A stretch of 64,000 nt of DNA from Geobacter sp. AOG1 (GTDB lineage Bacteria > Desulfobacterota > Desulfuromonadia > Geobacterales > Geobacteraceae), in the NCBI RefSeq assembly GCF_019972315.1, contig NZ_BLIZ01000001.1:3474472-3538471 (forward strand). The letters run 5' to 3'. Below, piece after piece: positions 12,405 to 23,349 of the stretch (the first letter of the stretch is position 1; the number at the start of each line of letters is the position of its first letter). Under the pieces are notes generated by a model. The model was not told the DNA's origin. It made no database searches and saw only the letters and a list, made by a program, of their open reading frames with translations. Both the position numbers and the translations under genes were made by a program.

Positions 12405-13424
12405 TTATTTCAGGTATTTTTCGATCAAAATCTCCGCAATCTGCACCGCGTTGGTCGCCGCGCCCTTGCGGATGTTGTCGGCCACCACCCAGAGATTGAG
12501 GCCGTTCTCAATGGACTCGTCCTCGCGGATACGTCCCACAAAGGTCAGGTCCTGGCCTGCGGCGTCGATCGGCATCGGGTAGACCCTGGTGGCCGGATCG
12601 TCCACCAGTTCCACACCGGCAGCGCTCTTCAGCAGTTCCCGGGCCTTGTCGACAGTGATCTTCTTGCCGGTTTCGATATTAACCGACTCGGAGTGGCCAT
12701 AGAAGACCGGCACCCGCACCGCGGTAGCAGTCACCCCGATCTCGGCCTCCATGATCTTGCGGGTCTCGTTGGCCATCTTCATCTCTTCGCCGGTATAGCC
12801 GTTCTCCAGGAAAGAATCGATCTGGGGGAGACAGTTGAAGGCGATCCGGTGGGGATAGACGGTGCACTCGGCCGGTTTCCCCTGCAACATGGCCCTGATC
12901 TGGTCGCGCAGCTCCTCGATCGCCTTCTTCCCGGTGCCGGAGACCGCCTGGTAGGTGGATACCACGATCCGTTTTATGGTGGCATAATCGTGGAGCGGCT
13001 TCAGAGCCACCACCATCTGGATGGTGGAGCAGTTGGGGTTGGCGATAATCCCTTTGTTTGTGTACCGGGCGATCGCCTGGGGGTTCACCTCCGGCACCAC
13101 CAGCGGTACGTCCGGATCCATTCGCCAGGCGCTGGAGTTATCGATGCAAACCGCCCCCGCCCGGGCCGCCGAGGGGCAGAACTCCCGGGAGCGGTCGCCG
13201 CCGGCGGAAAAGAGGGCAATGTCGATCCCCTCGAAGGAATCGTGGGTCAACTCCTCCACCACCACCGGTTTCCCCCTGAATTCCAGGAGTTCCCCGGCGC
13301 TCCGCGAACTTGCCAGGTATCTGATTTTCCCGACCGGGAAGCTGCGTTCCTCAAGACATTCAATCATCTGGGCGCCAACGGCACCGGTGGCACCGACGAC
13401 TGCGACATTCCATAACTTGCTCAT
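12405..13424 (-). CDS. asd: aspartate-semialdehyde dehydrogenase (Gram-positive/archaeal-type, 339 aa)
   Basis: MSKLWNVAVVGATGAVGAQMIECLEERSFPVGKIRYLASSRSAGE... B. subtilis-type Asd. Confidence 0.9.
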   Translation of the reverse strand: MSKLWNVAVVGATGAVGAQMIECLEERSFPVGKIRYLASSRSAGELLEFRGKPVVVEELTHDSFEGIDIALFSAGGDRSREFCPSAARAGAVCIDNSSAWRMDPDVPLVVPEVNPQAIARYTNKGIIANPNCSTIQMVVALKPLHDYATIKRIVVSTYQAVSGTGKKAIEELRDQIRAMLQGKPAECTVYPHRIAFNCLPQIDSFLENGYTGEEMKMANETRKIMEAEIGVTATAVRVPVFYGHSESVNIETGKKITVDKARELLKSAAGVELVDDPATRVYPMPIDAAGQDLTFVGRIREDESIENGLNLWVVADNIRKGAATNAVQIAEILIEKYLK

Positions 13425-13452
13425 CAGCCATTCTCCATTTCGTGTCAGTAGA

Positions 13453-13485
13453 AAAGAAAAGCGCCCCGTCCACGGGGCGCTTTAA
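13453..13485 (-). terminator. intrinsic terminator downstream of asd-2
   Basis: AAAGCGCCCCGTGGACGGGGCGCTTT hairpin followed by TCTTTTCTTTTC on minus strand. Confidence 0.7.
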
Positions 13486-13642
13486 CAAATAAACCCAGAG
13501 AGCGCGATTTTTTCGCTAGATCAAGGCTGTCAAGGAATGGTGCGGAGCCGTAGTACCCAAACATCGGGCATAAACAGCGCTACGGCGCACAAACCATTCC
13601 GCCGACTTACGCAGATATAGCGGAAAAGGCGCGTTCTCTCCG

Positions 13643-14743
13643 CTACTTCTCCATGAGGATGCGGAGCATCCTCCTCAACGGCTCCGCCGCCCCCCACAGG
13701 AGCTGATCCCCGCAAGTGAAGGCCTGGACATAGTGGGGTCCCATCTTCATCTTGCGTACCCGGCCGATGGGGACCGTCAGGAGTCCGGAGACCGCCGCAG
13801 GCGTCAGCTGCGCCAGGGAATCCGCCTTGGTGTTGGGAACAAACTTGACCCACTGGTTGTCATTGGCAATCAACTGCTCGATGTCGGCAAGGGGTACGTC
13901 CTTGTTCAGCTTGATAGTCATCGCCTGGCTGTGGCAGCGCATGGCCCCGACCCGGACGCAGATGCCGTCCACCGGAATCGGAGTATAGGTCCCGAGGATC
14001 TTGTTGGTCTCGGCGAACCCCTTCCACTCCTCCCGGCTCTGGCCGTCCTCCACCTCCCGGTCGATCCAGGGGAGCACGCTCCCCGCCAGCGGGAAACCGA
14101 ACTCCTTGGTCGGCATGGAACCGTCACGCAAGGCGGCGGTAACCTTTTTGTCGATTTCGAGGATGGCGGAGCCGGGATCCTTCAACTCCTCGGCAACGGT
14201 CCCCTGGAGAACCCCCATCTGGGAGAGAAGTTCGCGCATATTGGGGGCGCCGGCACCGGAAGCAGCCTGGTAGGTCATGGTGGAGAGCCACTCCACCAGA
14301 TTGGCGCGAAACAGCCCGCCGAGAGCCATCAGCATGAGACTGACGGTGCAGTTGCCGCCGATGAAGTCCTTCTGGCCATTGGCCAGAGCCTTGTCGATCA
14401 CGTTGCGATTCACGGGATCGAGGATGATGACCGCGTTGTCCTCCATCCGGAGCGTCGAGGCGGCATCGATCCAGTAGCCGTTCCACCCCTGCTTGCGCAA
14501 CTCCGGGTGCACCGCCTTGGTGTAGTCGCCACCCTGGCAGGTGATGATGATGTCGAGCTTTTTCAGCTCCGCAATATCATCGGCGCTCTTGAGGGTCCCG
14601 GCATTCATAGGTGCGGGCTGTCCGGCCTGCGACGTCGTGAAGAACACCGGCTCGAAGCCGAGGGCAAAATCATTCTCCTCCTGCATCCGCTGCATGAGGA
14701 CCGAACCAACCATACCGCGCCATCCGACAATTCCGACTTTCAT
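13643..14743 (-). CDS. asd: aspartate-semialdehyde dehydrogenase (E. coli/gamma-proteobacterial type, ~366 aa)
   Basis: [26 protein letters not shown]...[17 protein letters not shown]...[12 protein letters not shown] nearly colinear with E. coli Asd; start at ATG 14743. Confidence 0.9.
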   Translation of the reverse strand: MKVGIVGWRGMVGSVLMQRMQEENDFALGFEPVFFTTSQAGQPAPMNAGTLKSADDIAELKKLDIIITCQGGDYTKAVHPELRKQGWNGYWIDAASTLRMEDNAVIILDPVNRNVIDKALANGQKDFIGGNCTVSLMLMALGGLFRANLVEWLSTMTYQAASGAGAPNMRELLSQMGVLQGTVAEELKDPGSAILEIDKKVTAALRDGSMPTKEFGFPLAGSVLPWIDREVEDGQSREEWKGFAETNKILGTYTPIPVDGICVRVGAMRCHSQAMTIKLNKDVPLADIEQLIANDNQWVKFVPNTKADSLAQLTPAAVSGLLTVPIGRVRKMKMGPHYVQAFTCGDQLLWGAAEPLRRMLRILMEK

Positions 14744-14829
14744 AGTCTTTTCCTTTTTATTGGAAGTAGTCACTTTAGAATTTAAGCCACTCACAGGTTT
14801 CATGGGACCCATAGGACCTATGAGACCTA

Positions 14830-15918
14830 TTACAGGGCCGCGATGATCGCAGCTCCCATCTCTTTGGTGTTCACCAGCTTCTCGCCCGGCTTGCTCTGGT
14901 AGATATCCCGGGTCCTATATCCCTGGTCGAGCACTTTCGCCACGGCGTTGTCGATGGCGTCAGCCGCATCGACCATGCCGAAGGAGAATTTCAGCATCAT
15001 GCCCATGGAGAGGATCTGGGCGATGGGGTTGGCGATCCCCTGACCGGCGATGTCGGGAGCCGAGCCACCGGAGGGTTCGTACATGCCAAAAGTTCCTTCG
15101 GCCAGGGAAGCGGAGGGGAGCATCCCGAGGGAACCGGTCAGCATGGCCGCCTCGTCGGAGAGGATGTCGCCGAACATGTTCTCGCAGAGGATAACGTCGA
15201 ACTGCTTGGGCCAGCGCACCAGCTGCATGGCGGCGTTGTCCACGTACATGTGGGACAGCTCCACGTCCGGGTACTCTTTCGCAATGCCGGTCACCACTTC
15301 ACGCCAGAGCACCGAAGAGGAGAGGACGTTGGCCTTGTCGATGGAGCAGACCTTTTTCCCCCGTTTGCGGGCCGCCTGGAAGGCGACATGGGTGATCCGC
15401 TCGATCTCCGGGACGGAGTACTTCATGGTGTCTATGCCGATCCGCTCGCGCCCCTGGCCTTCGATCCCCTTCGGCTGGGAGAAGTAGATCCCCCCCGTCA
15501 GCTCGCGGATGACGAGGACATTGAAGCCCCCGGCGATCACCTCTTCCTTGAGGGACGAAGCGCCAGTAAGGGAGGGAAAGATGATGGCCGGCCGCAGGTT
15601 CGCATAAAGGCCGAATATTTTGCGCAGTGGCAACAACGCACCCCGCTCCGGCTGCTCGTCGGGAGGGAGGGTTTCCCATTTCGGGCCGCCTACCGAGCCG
15701 AACAGGATTGCGTCGGATGCCCTGCAGGTGTTCACGGTGGTTTCGGGGAGCGCCTTCCCCTCGTTGTCGATTCCCGCGCCCCCCACATTGGCATGGGATC
15801 GCTCGAACGTTACGTCGTACTTCTTCTCTACGGCGTCCAGCACCTTGAGCGCCTCGGCCATCACCTCCGGCCCGATGCCGTCACCCGGCAGAACCGCCAC
15901 CTTGAAAACTTTTGCCAT
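14830..15918 (-). CDS. leuB: 3-isopropylmalate dehydrogenase
   Basis: [27 protein letters not shown]... LeuB family; start at internal ATG 15918. Confidence 0.93.
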   Translation of the reverse strand: MAKVFKVAVLPGDGIGPEVMAEALKVLDAVEKKYDVTFERSHANVGGAGIDNEGKALPETTVNTCRASDAILFGSVGGPKWETLPPDEQPERGALLPLRKIFGLYANLRPAIIFPSLTGASSLKEEVIAGGFNVLVIRELTGGIYFSQPKGIEGQGRERIGIDTMKYSVPEIERITHVAFQAARKRGKKVCSIDKANVLSSSVLWREVVTGIAKEYPDVELSHMYVDNAAMQLVRWPKQFDVILCENMFGDILSDEAAMLTGSLGMLPSASLAEGTFGMYEPSGGSAPDIAGQGIANPIAQILSMGMMLKFSFGMVDAADAIDNAVAKVLDQGYRTRDIYQSKPGEKLVNTKEMGAAIIAAL

Positions 15919-16034
15919 CTCCGTGAGCCCCCCAACCATGTTAATTGAATGGATAATCCCGTGATTTTATTTGGGGGGGCAACACCTTGTCAACAAAAAA
16001 AGCCGTCAGCCGGGTTGCGGGACCAGTTCGCACC

Positions 16035-17657
16035 TCACAGAATGAAATCGGTGGCAAGGAAGTTCGAACGCCGCTCCCGGACGATCCGGTCAATGAGGGC
16101 CTTGTTCGTTTCACTATCCTTGGCCGCCACCATGGTCCGGATGGAAAAAGAGCGCAGGGCATCGGAAACGGAAAGGGTCCCCACAGCGGAATCCTTCCGG
16201 CCGGTAAAAGGGAAGATATCGGGGCCGCGCTGGCACTGGCTGTTCAGGTTGACCCGGCAAACCTGGTTGACCAGGGGGTCGATGAGGCGGGCCAGCTGCT
16301 CCGCGTCCCGCCCGAACAGGCTCACCTGCTGGCCGTAGTCGGATTCGACAATGTAGCGAATCGGGGTTTCCAGGTCGTCGAAGGGAACCACCGGTATGAC
16401 CGGACCGAACTGCTCCTCCCGGTAGAGGCGCATCCGCTCGTCAACGGGATAGACAACAACAGGAGAAAAGAAACTCTCCTGCACCTTGCCTCCCCCTTCG
16501 TTGATTACCCTGGCACCCCTTTCGACGGCGTCGGCCACAATGCCGGTCAGGTAAGCCGGTTTGTCAGGCTCCGGCAGGGGGGTCACCATCATCCCCGGCT
16601 CCCACGGCATCCCGCCCGCAAGCTCATCGACGGCTGCGGCCAGACGGGCAACGAACTCGTCGGCGACGTCGGCATGGACAAAGGTGATCTTCAGGGCGGT
16701 GCAGCGCTGGCCGTTGAAGGACAAGCTGCCGGCGATGCACTCCGCCACCGCCAGGTCCAGGTCCGCATCGGGAAGGACGATGGCGGGGTTTTTCGCCTCC
16801 AGCCCGAGCACGAGCCTGAGGCGGTGCGGCTTGGGGTGGGCCTTCTGCAGCGCATCGGCAGCGGTGCTCGTGCCGATGAAGGCGAGCACGTCAACCCGGC
16901 CGTCGGCCATGAGCGGCGGGGTCACGGTCCGGCCGGCACCGTAGACCGTGTTCACCACGCCAGGGGGAAACGCCTCCCGGAAGGCATCCAGGAGCGGCTG
17001 GAACAGCAGCACGCCATGGCGGGGGGGCTTGAGGACGGTAGTGTTTCCCATGATGAGGGCCGGGATCAGGGTGGTGAAGGTCTCGTTCAGCGGATAGTTG
17101 TAGGGCCCCATGCAGAGCGCCACCCCCAGCGGTGCACGGCGGACCTGGCCGACGATACCCTGGGCGATGGTGAACCGGGAAGAGACCCGGTCCAGCTCCT
17201 TGAGGGCATCGATGGTATCCGTGATGTAGTCGATGGTCCGGTCGAACTCCTTCTCCGCATCCTTGAGGGTCTTGCCGATCTCCCACATGAGGAGGCGCAC
17301 CACCTCGTCCCGCACCCCCTTCATCCGCCGGGCAAACTCCTGAACGCAGGCAATCCGCCCCGCCACCGACAGGGTCGGCCATGCGCCCCGCCCGCAGTCG
17401 TAGGCCCGGGCCGCCGCATCCAGGGCGGTCAGCGACTCTTCGGGGGTGAGGAGCGGAAACCGGCCAACCAGCTGCCGCTCACGCCCCGAGGCCGTCCGGA
17501 CACAGACCGGCGACCGGACCTCCTGGAACGGGCCTCCCCACTGGCGCATCCGGCCATCGATCAGGTAGTCCGTCTGCTCCAGCGGCTCACTCAGCCTGTA
17601 TCGCTCCGGAATATCCGCTACCGTCGGGAAAAACCCATCATGACTGGCATGTTCCAT
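16035..17657 (-). CDS. NADP-dependent non-phosphorylating glyceraldehyde-3-phosphate dehydrogenase-like aldehyde dehydrogenase
   Basis: ALDH superfamily (…[20 protein letters not shown]…[10 protein letters not shown]…); start at ATG 17657 after GGGAGG. Confidence 0.8.
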   Translation of the reverse strand: MEHASHDGFFPTVADIPERYRLSEPLEQTDYLIDGRMRQWGGPFQEVRSPVCVRTASGRERQLVGRFPLLTPEESLTALDAAARAYDCGRGAWPTLSVAGRIACVQEFARRMKGVRDEVVRLLMWEIGKTLKDAEKEFDRTIDYITDTIDALKELDRVSSRFTIAQGIVGQVRRAPLGVALCMGPYNYPLNETFTTLIPALIMGNTTVLKPPRHGVLLFQPLLDAFREAFPPGVVNTVYGAGRTVTPPLMADGRVDVLAFIGTSTAADALQKAHPKPHRLRLVLGLEAKNPAIVLPDADLDLAVAECIAGSLSFNGQRCTALKITFVHADVADEFVARLAAAVDELAGGMPWEPGMMVTPLPEPDKPAYLTGIVADAVERGARVINEGGGKVQESFFSPVVVYPVDERMRLYREEQFGPVIPVVPFDDLETPIRYIVESDYGQQVSLFGRDAEQLARLIDPLVNQVCRVNLNSQCQRGPDIFPFTGRKDSAVGTLSVSDALRSFSIRTMVAAKDSETNKALIDRIVRERRSNFLATDFIL

Positions 17658-17796
17658 ACTCGCCTCCCTGTTGACCTGTTTCGTGCCCCCGCCCGTATGG
17701 CAAACTACGCAAAACAAAAGAATTTTTTTTGTTTACGCAGACCGGACATCCATGTTACTCTGGCTAAAATATTTTAGCGTCAATTAAACGGTCCCC

Positions 17797-18039
17797 ATGC
17801 ATCTTGAATTTCACACCATCGCCGAAGAAGAAATCCCCACCGTCATCGCCGAATGCGATGCATGCGGCGGCGTCATCCAGATACCCGAACGCGACTTCCT
17901 CCTGAGCCGGCCCCTCGACTGCACCAGCTGTCACCACCAGCGCTACCTCAGTTACCGGGAGTACGTTACCCTCGCCGACGCCTTCGCCGCCCAACTCCTC
18001 AATTACGCCATCGCCCGCTGGAACAGGACAAAACAGTAA
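17797..18039 (+). CDS. hypothetical small Cys-containing protein (80 aa)
   Basis: ORF with high-GC third positions like neighbours; CDACGG...CTSCHH pattern suggests a zinc-ribbon; no recognizable family. Confidence 0.45.
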   Translation: MHLEFHTIAEEEIPTVIAECDACGGVIQIPERDFLLSRPLDCTSCHHQRYLSYREYVTLADAFAAQLLNYAIARWNRTKQ

Positions 18040-18084
18040 CCCCTTCCCTCCCCCAAATTCCATTGCCATCCCCCGCAGAATAGT

Positions 18085-20049
18085 TCAGAAAAGCTTCGCC
18101 GCGGCGACCAGTTGCTCGGGAGTCCCCAGGAGAAGCACGATATCCCCCTCCTGAAAATGCCAGATCGGGTCAGGATTTGGCACGATCTCCTCCCCCCGTT
18201 TGATCATGAGGAGGGAAGCTCCGGATTGTGTCCGCAACACCCCGTCCCGGAGGCTCGTCCCGGCCAGCTTCGACCCCGGTCTCAACCGGAAGGTGGCGAT
18301 CTCGGCACCGGCCAGGAAGCCGGCAATGCCGACGGCGTGGCTATGCCGCCGACTGAGGGAGCGGAACATCTCATAGGAATCCTTCCGCACTTCGGAGACA
18401 TATCCCTCTATTTCGTCGTGGGGAATCATGAAGCGGCGCAGCACGCGGGTAAGTATCTCTATGGCGGTTTCGAACTCTTCCGGGATGACTTCGTTGGCGC
18501 CAAGCTTGTAGAGCGGTTCCATCTCGGCTAGATACCTGGTCCGGACGATGATGTGGATGGCCGGGTTGAGCAGTCGCGCCAGGGACGCCACCCGTCGGCT
18601 CGCGGCGGCGTCGGAGATGGCGATCACCAGGATTCGGGCCTGTTCCACGCGGGTATGTTCCAGCACCTCCGGCCGGGTCGCATCGCCGAAGACGATCTTC
18701 GTTCCCTTGCGGCGCTCGCTGCTCACCGTAAACGGGTTCGTATCGATCACCGCATGCCGGATCTTCAGGTTGCGCAGCACACGCGACAGGTTGCGCCCGT
18801 TCATGCCGAAACCGACGATGATCACGTGATCGGACAGGGACAGCGGCCGTTCGCTCCCCGCCAGTTTTCCCCTCCCGCGGTTCCATCGGTGGGGGATGAT
18901 GTTATCCATCCAGTCTGCCACCGGCACGGAAATCTTGAGGCAGAGCGGCGTCAGCGCCATAGTCGCCACGGATGCCGCCAGAAAGAGCTGGTAGGTAGTA
19001 CCGGAGAGGATACCGTGCTTAACACCTGCCTGGGCAAGAAGAAAAGAAAATTCGCCGATCTGGGCAAGGGCAAGCCCCGACACCACGGCGATCCGCAGGG
19101 GAAGCCCCAGGGCCAGTACCGCCCCGCCGGCAAAAAGTGCCTTGACCAGCATGATCAGAGCGACGAGCCCCAGCACGAGGGGCAAATTCTTGACCAGAAT
19201 CTCCGGGTCCAAAAGCATCCCGACCGAAATGAAGAAGAGGCTCATAAAGGCTTCGCGAAACGGCATAATGTCGCCGAGGGCCTGCTGACTGTATTCGGAC
19301 TCCGAGATGGCCAGCCCGGCGATGAATGCTCCGAGGGCAAGCGACAGGCCGGCCAGGGATGTGAGCCAGGCGGTGCCGAAACCGATGAAGATGATGGTCA
19401 GAATGAAGAGATCGCGGCTGCGGGTCGTCACCACCTGTCGCAGTATCCACGGCACCAGGAAGCGGGCGCCGAAGTGGGCGGCGACCACCACCGCGGCGGC
19501 CTTGGAACAGACCACGAGTATTCCCGTCATGCCCGTGCCGCTGCCGGCCAGGGCGGGGGTCAGGAGCATGAGCGGCACAATGCAGAGGTCCTGGAATATC
19601 AGTATCCCGAGGATGGTCTTGCCGTGAGGGGTATCCATCTCCCCCGCATCGACGAAGAGCTTGAGGAGGATGGCCGTACTGGACAACGCCACCAGGAAGC
19701 CGGCAAAAATCGCTTCGCGGACCGGCATCCGGAAGAGAACGGCAATCCCGGTCACCGCAAGGATGGTGAGTCCGACCTGGAGACCGCCCCCCCAGATCAC
19801 CAGTTGCTTGATCCGGGCCAGTTCCTTGAGTGAAAATTCGATACCGATGGTGAAGAGGAGGAGTATGACGCCGACCTCGGCCAACTGCTCCACCTGATGG
19901 GTATCCCGGATGAGACCGAGGGCGGAGGGGCCGGCCAGGATGCCGGTTACCAGGAAACCTATTACCGACGGGAAGGAAAACCAGCGGAAAAAGACCACCG
20001 TGACGATCGCCAGGCCGAACAGGATGACCAGGTCGAGCAATACATCCAT
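18085..20049 (-). CDS. CPA2-family monovalent cation:proton antiporter with C-terminal RCK/TrkA domains (KefB/KefC-like)
   Basis: 654 aa; ~12 TM Na+/H+ exchanger domain followed by a TrkA-N Rossmann region (HVIIVGFGMNGRNL) and a TrkA-C region. Confidence 0.88.
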   Translation of the reverse strand: MDVLLDLVILFGLAIVTVVFFRWFSFPSVIGFLVTGILAGPSALGLIRDTHQVEQLAEVGVILLLFTIGIEFSLKELARIKQLVIWGGGLQVGLTILAVTGIAVLFRMPVREAIFAGFLVALSSTAILLKLFVDAGEMDTPHGKTILGILIFQDLCIVPLMLLTPALAGSGTGMTGILVVCSKAAAVVVAAHFGARFLVPWILRQVVTTRSRDLFILTIIFIGFGTAWLTSLAGLSLALGAFIAGLAISESEYSQQALGDIMPFREAFMSLFFISVGMLLDPEILVKNLPLVLGLVALIMLVKALFAGGAVLALGLPLRIAVVSGLALAQIGEFSFLLAQAGVKHGILSGTTYQLFLAASVATMALTPLCLKISVPVADWMDNIIPHRWNRGRGKLAGSERPLSLSDHVIIVGFGMNGRNLSRVLRNLKIRHAVIDTNPFTVSSERRKGTKIVFGDATRPEVLEHTRVEQARILVIAISDAAASRRVASLARLLNPAIHIIVRTRYLAEMEPLYKLGANEVIPEEFETAIEILTRVLRRFMIPHDEIEGYVSEVRKDSYEMFRSLSRRHSHAVGIAGFLAGAEIATFRLRPGSKLAGTSLRDGVLRTQSGASLLMIKRGEEIVPNPDPIWHFQEGDIVLLLGTPEQLVAAAKLF

Positions 20050-20378
20050 TGAAACCTCGCAGAAATCGACAGGAGTGAGAACGGAACCTGAAAAGCATAG
20101 ACAGGGGGGCTCCCGATGTCAAGCCGTGTGAACCCGGGGACAACGGCTCCTGACCTTTTTGACTCTGCTTGCGTATTGCAACCGGCAAACGGCTTTTACT
20201 CACGCGACGACGCAACGAACGCAACGAAATTCACATTCGTAATCCAACCGATCTGGTGGGGGGTTCAAACTGATAACCGTTTGATTTACGTCGCGTCGTC
20301 GCGTTCGTTGCGTGAAACCGCTTTTTACCACCGCAATGTTGGACAGCCTGCATGAAGATGGTATAGACTGCCCGCATT

Positions 20379-20693
20379 ATGGATGACAACGCATCGGATG
20401 AAATCACCGTACAACTTCCCATCGACGGGGCGCTCGATCTCCATACCTTCCGGCCGGCGGAGATGAAGGAACTGATCCCCGCCTACCTCGACGAATGCCG
20501 CCGGCGGGGAATACTCTCAGTGCGCATCGTCCATGGCAAGGGGATCGGCAACCTGCGTCGGACGGTGCACGCCATCCTGGGAAAGCTGCCGGAGGTGGCC
20601 GCCTTCCGGCTGGCCGGTTCGGAGGAAGGTGGCTGGGGGGCCACCCTGGTGGAACTCCGACCACTCGACGGTGAGGAATCCCATGGCAGCTGA
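20379..20693 (+). CDS. Smr-domain protein
   Basis: 104 aa ...LDLHTFRPAEMKELIPAYLDECRRRGILSVRIVHGKGIGNLRRTVHAILGK... small MutS-related domain. Confidence 0.8.
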   Translation: MDDNASDEITVQLPIDGALDLHTFRPAEMKELIPAYLDECRRRGILSVRIVHGKGIGNLRRTVHAILGKLPEVAAFRLAGSEEGGWGATLVELRPLDGEESHGS

Positions 20694-21534
20694 ACCGAAA
20701 CGGCGCGCCACGTCAATCCAGCTGACACCGGACCAGGTCGCGGCACTCCGCGGCCTCATCTACGACCACTACCGGGCCAACCCGCGACCCCTCCCCTGGC
20801 GGGACACCACCGATCCCTACCCCATCCTCGTTTCCGAAATCATGCTCCAGCAGACCCAGGTGGACCGGGTCAGGGAGAAATACGTCGCGTTCCTTGCAAC
20901 CTTCCCCGACCTCGCCACCCTGGCGGCGGCGCCACTGCCGGCAGTGCTCACCGCCTGGCAGGGTCTCGGCTACAACCGGCGCGCCATCGCCCTGCACCGC
21001 TGCGCCCAGACAGTTATGGCGGAGCACGACGGCCGCCTCCCCGCCGAGATTGCCACGCTGGAAACACTGCCGGGAATCGGTCCCTACACCGCCCGGGCCA
21101 TCGCCGCCTTCGCCTTCCGCCAGCCGACGGTCTTCATCGAAACCAACATCAGGACCGTCTTCATCCACCAGTTCTGCCACGACCGGCACGGCGTCCACGA
21201 CCGGGAAATCCTCCCCCTGGTGGAGCAGGTTCTCGACCGGGACAACCCCCGCGACTGGTACTATGCCCTCATGGATTACGGCGTCATGCTGAAAAAGGCC
21301 CATCCCAACCCGGGGCGCCGAAGCGCCCACCACGTCCGCCAGTCTCCCTTCAAGGGATCGAACAGGGAACTGAGGAGCCGCATTCTTAAACAGGTGTTGG
21401 CCGTCCCGGCGTGCACCGCCGCCGAACTGGCCGCGATGCTCGGGGTGGAACCAGCGGCAGTGGAAAAGAACCTGGTACAACTGGCCAGGGAAGGATTCAT
21501 CGTCGAACGGGACGGATGCCATTTCATAGGGTAA
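20683..21534 (+). CDS. HhH-GPD base-excision DNA glycosylase (MutY/EndoIII-like)
   Basis: ...LVSEIMLQQTQVDRV...WQGLGYNRRA...LPGIGPYTARAIAAFAF... helix-hairpin-helix GPD motif; start ATG 20683 overlaps smr stop by 11 nt; lacks obvious 4Fe-4S Cys cluster. Confidence 0.8.
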   Translation: MAAEPKRRATSIQLTPDQVAALRGLIYDHYRANPRPLPWRDTTDPYPILVSEIMLQQTQVDRVREKYVAFLATFPDLATLAAAPLPAVLTAWQGLGYNRRAIALHRCAQTVMAEHDGRLPAEIATLETLPGIGPYTARAIAAFAFRQPTVFIETNIRTVFIHQFCHDRHGVHDREILPLVEQVLDRDNPRDWYYALMDYGVMLKKAHPNPGRRSAHHVRQSPFKGSNRELRSRILKQVLAVPACTAAELAAMLGVEPAAVEKNLVQLAREGFIVERDGCHFIG

Positions 21535-21585
21535 ACTGGAGGAAAGAGAACCTCAACGGAAACCACCGCAGAAGGAGGCACGCAT

Positions 21586-22362
21586 ATGGAGAGGCAACCC
21601 GCCCAATCCGACGAATGGCCGACGGCACGACACTACGGGAGGATTCTCCCCATCGCAGCGGTGGCGCTGGCCCTGATTGCCGCCATGAGTCTGGTGGCGG
21701 CCGGTTTCGGTACCCGCCTCGGTTTCTGGCACTTCCGCACCGGCTTTGCCATCCTGAAATACGGCGCCTACGGCGGTTTGCTCAGCACCATGCTGGCCCT
21801 GGTGGCAGTGATTGTCGCATTCAAGGGGAAGTTCCTTCCCGGCTTCGTCCTCTCCCTCATCGCCCTCGCCATAGGGATTACCGTCTTTGCCCTCCCCTTC
21901 TCCTGGCAATCGACTGCCAAAAAAATGCCGCGTATCCACGACATCACCACGGACATCGTCAACCCGCCCCGCTTCGTCGCCATCCTCCCCCTCCGCGCGA
22001 ACGCCCCCAATCCGGCCGAGTACGGCGGCCCCGAAATTGCCGCCAAGCAACTGGCAGCCTATCCCGATGTGAAGACCCTCGTCCTCAACGTACCGAACGA
22101 TCAGGCCTTCGCCCTGGCTCTCGATGGGGCGAACAAGCTGGGATGGCGGGTCGTCGCCGCCATTCCCGCAGAAGGGAGGATCGAAGCGACAGACTCCACC
22201 TTCTGGTTCGGCTTCACCGACGACATCGTCGTCCGGATCACCCCCGCCGGCAACCGCTCCCTGGTTGATGTCCGCTCCGTCTCCCGGGTCGGCATCAGCG
22301 ACGTGGGGACCAATGCCCGGCGCATACGGGGCTTTTTGAAGAAACTGGAGGGACGCAACTGA
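21586..22362 (+). CDS. DUF1499-family membrane protein
   Basis: 258 aa, two N-terminal TM segments then conserved ...IHDITTDIVNPPRF... region. Confidence 0.7.
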   Translation: MERQPAQSDEWPTARHYGRILPIAAVALALIAAMSLVAAGFGTRLGFWHFRTGFAILKYGAYGGLLSTMLALVAVIVAFKGKFLPGFVLSLIALAIGITVFALPFSWQSTAKKMPRIHDITTDIVNPPRFVAILPLRANAPNPAEYGGPEIAAKQLAAYPDVKTLVLNVPNDQAFALALDGANKLGWRVVAAIPAEGRIEATDSTFWFGFTDDIVVRITPAGNRSLVDVRSVSRVGISDVGTNARRIRGFLKKLEGRN

Positions 22363-22602
22363 GAGGCTGCGTTTGATTCACAAATGGTTATTCACACATT
22401 TCCGGACTTCCGTCGCGGCCTCTGGAGTGGAGGGAAAGCCTGAGCGGCGAGCGGACACCCGCCTGAATTCTCCATAAAAGAGCCATGCCGGACTCGCCAC
22501 TGCATGACCTTCCGGCTGCCATCGGTCAGGGTCCGCAGCGAAGGGCCGACCGCAACGGAGGAGACCGCGACGGATGTCCAGAGCAGGCGAATTCATTAAC
22601 AC

Positions 22603-22643
22603 GTAAAAAGGGGGGAGACGGTGACAAACCGTTTCCCCCCTTT
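22603..22643. terminator. bidirectional intrinsic terminator between DUF1499 gene and msrA
   Basis: AAAAAGGGGGGAGACGGTGACAAACCGTTTCCCCCCTTTT. Confidence 0.75.
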
Positions 22644-22665
22644 TCCATCGATCTCCCCACGAAAC

Positions 22666-23292
22666 TCAATGCCCCGCGGCACTCCCCCACAGCTCCGTCA
22701 GCCGCCGGTCCCGGCCGCACCCCCCGCGGTAGTACTTGTAGCGGAGCGGATTCTTCCTGTAGTAGTGCTGGTGGTACTCCTCGGCGGGATAGAACGTACT
22801 GGCGGCGGTGATCTCCGTGACGATCGGCTCTCGAAACGGCTTGCTCTTCTCCAACGCCGCTTTTGAGGCAAGCGCCAGACGACGCTGCTCGGCGCTGTGG
22901 TAGAAGATGGCGCTCCGGTACTGGTGCCCCACGTCGCAGAACTGGCGGTCCTTGACGGTCGGGTCGATGTTGTGCCAGTAGACGTCCAGGAGTTTCTCGT
23001 AGGATACCCGGGCCGGATCGTACACCACCTGCACCGATTCGGCGTGACCGGTCCCGCCGGCGGAGACCTCCTCGTAGGTGGGGTTCTTCTTCTGGCCGCC
23101 GGTGTAGCCGGAGGTGACCGAAATCACCCCGGGAAGCTCGTCGAAGGGGTGTTCCATGCACCAGAAACAGCCCCCCGCGAAGGTCGCCGTCTCCTGCTTC
23201 GGCGCCGCGGCGGTTGCCGGTCCGACGATGGTGAACAGCGCCAGGACGAGGCTGGCGACGATGTGCCGCGCAACGTTGCGTTTCATAGACAT
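22666..23292 (-). CDS. msrA: peptide-methionine (S)-S-oxide reductase MsrA with signal peptide
   Basis: 208 aa ...ATFAGGCFWCMEHPF... GCFWC active site. Confidence 0.93.
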   Translation of the reverse strand: MSMKRNVARHIVASLVLALFTIVGPATAAAPKQETATFAGGCFWCMEHPFDELPGVISVTSGYTGGQKKNPTYEEVSAGGTGHAESVQVVYDPARVSYEKLLDVYWHNIDPTVKDRQFCDVGHQYRSAIFYHSAEQRRLALASKAALEKSKPFREPIVTEITAASTFYPAEEYHQHYYRKNPLRYKYYRGGCGRDRRLTELWGSAAGH

Positions 23293-23349
23293 CTACCCTC
23301 CCCCGCAAGACTTCCTGCTGTGAGAAGGATAGCCCGGATGCTCACATTA

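Noticed and set aside
16691-17382. 163-aa and 67-aa minus-strand ORFs inside the GapN-like gene
   Set aside because: Alternative frames inside a conserved ALDH gene. Pro/Gly/Arg-rich, GC-skew artefact.
18553-20224. 426-aa plus-strand and 401-aa minus-strand ORFs over the kefB-like gene
   Set aside because: Other frames of a clear 12-TM antiporter gene. Arg/Gly/Pro-rich translations typical of off-frame GC-rich sequence.
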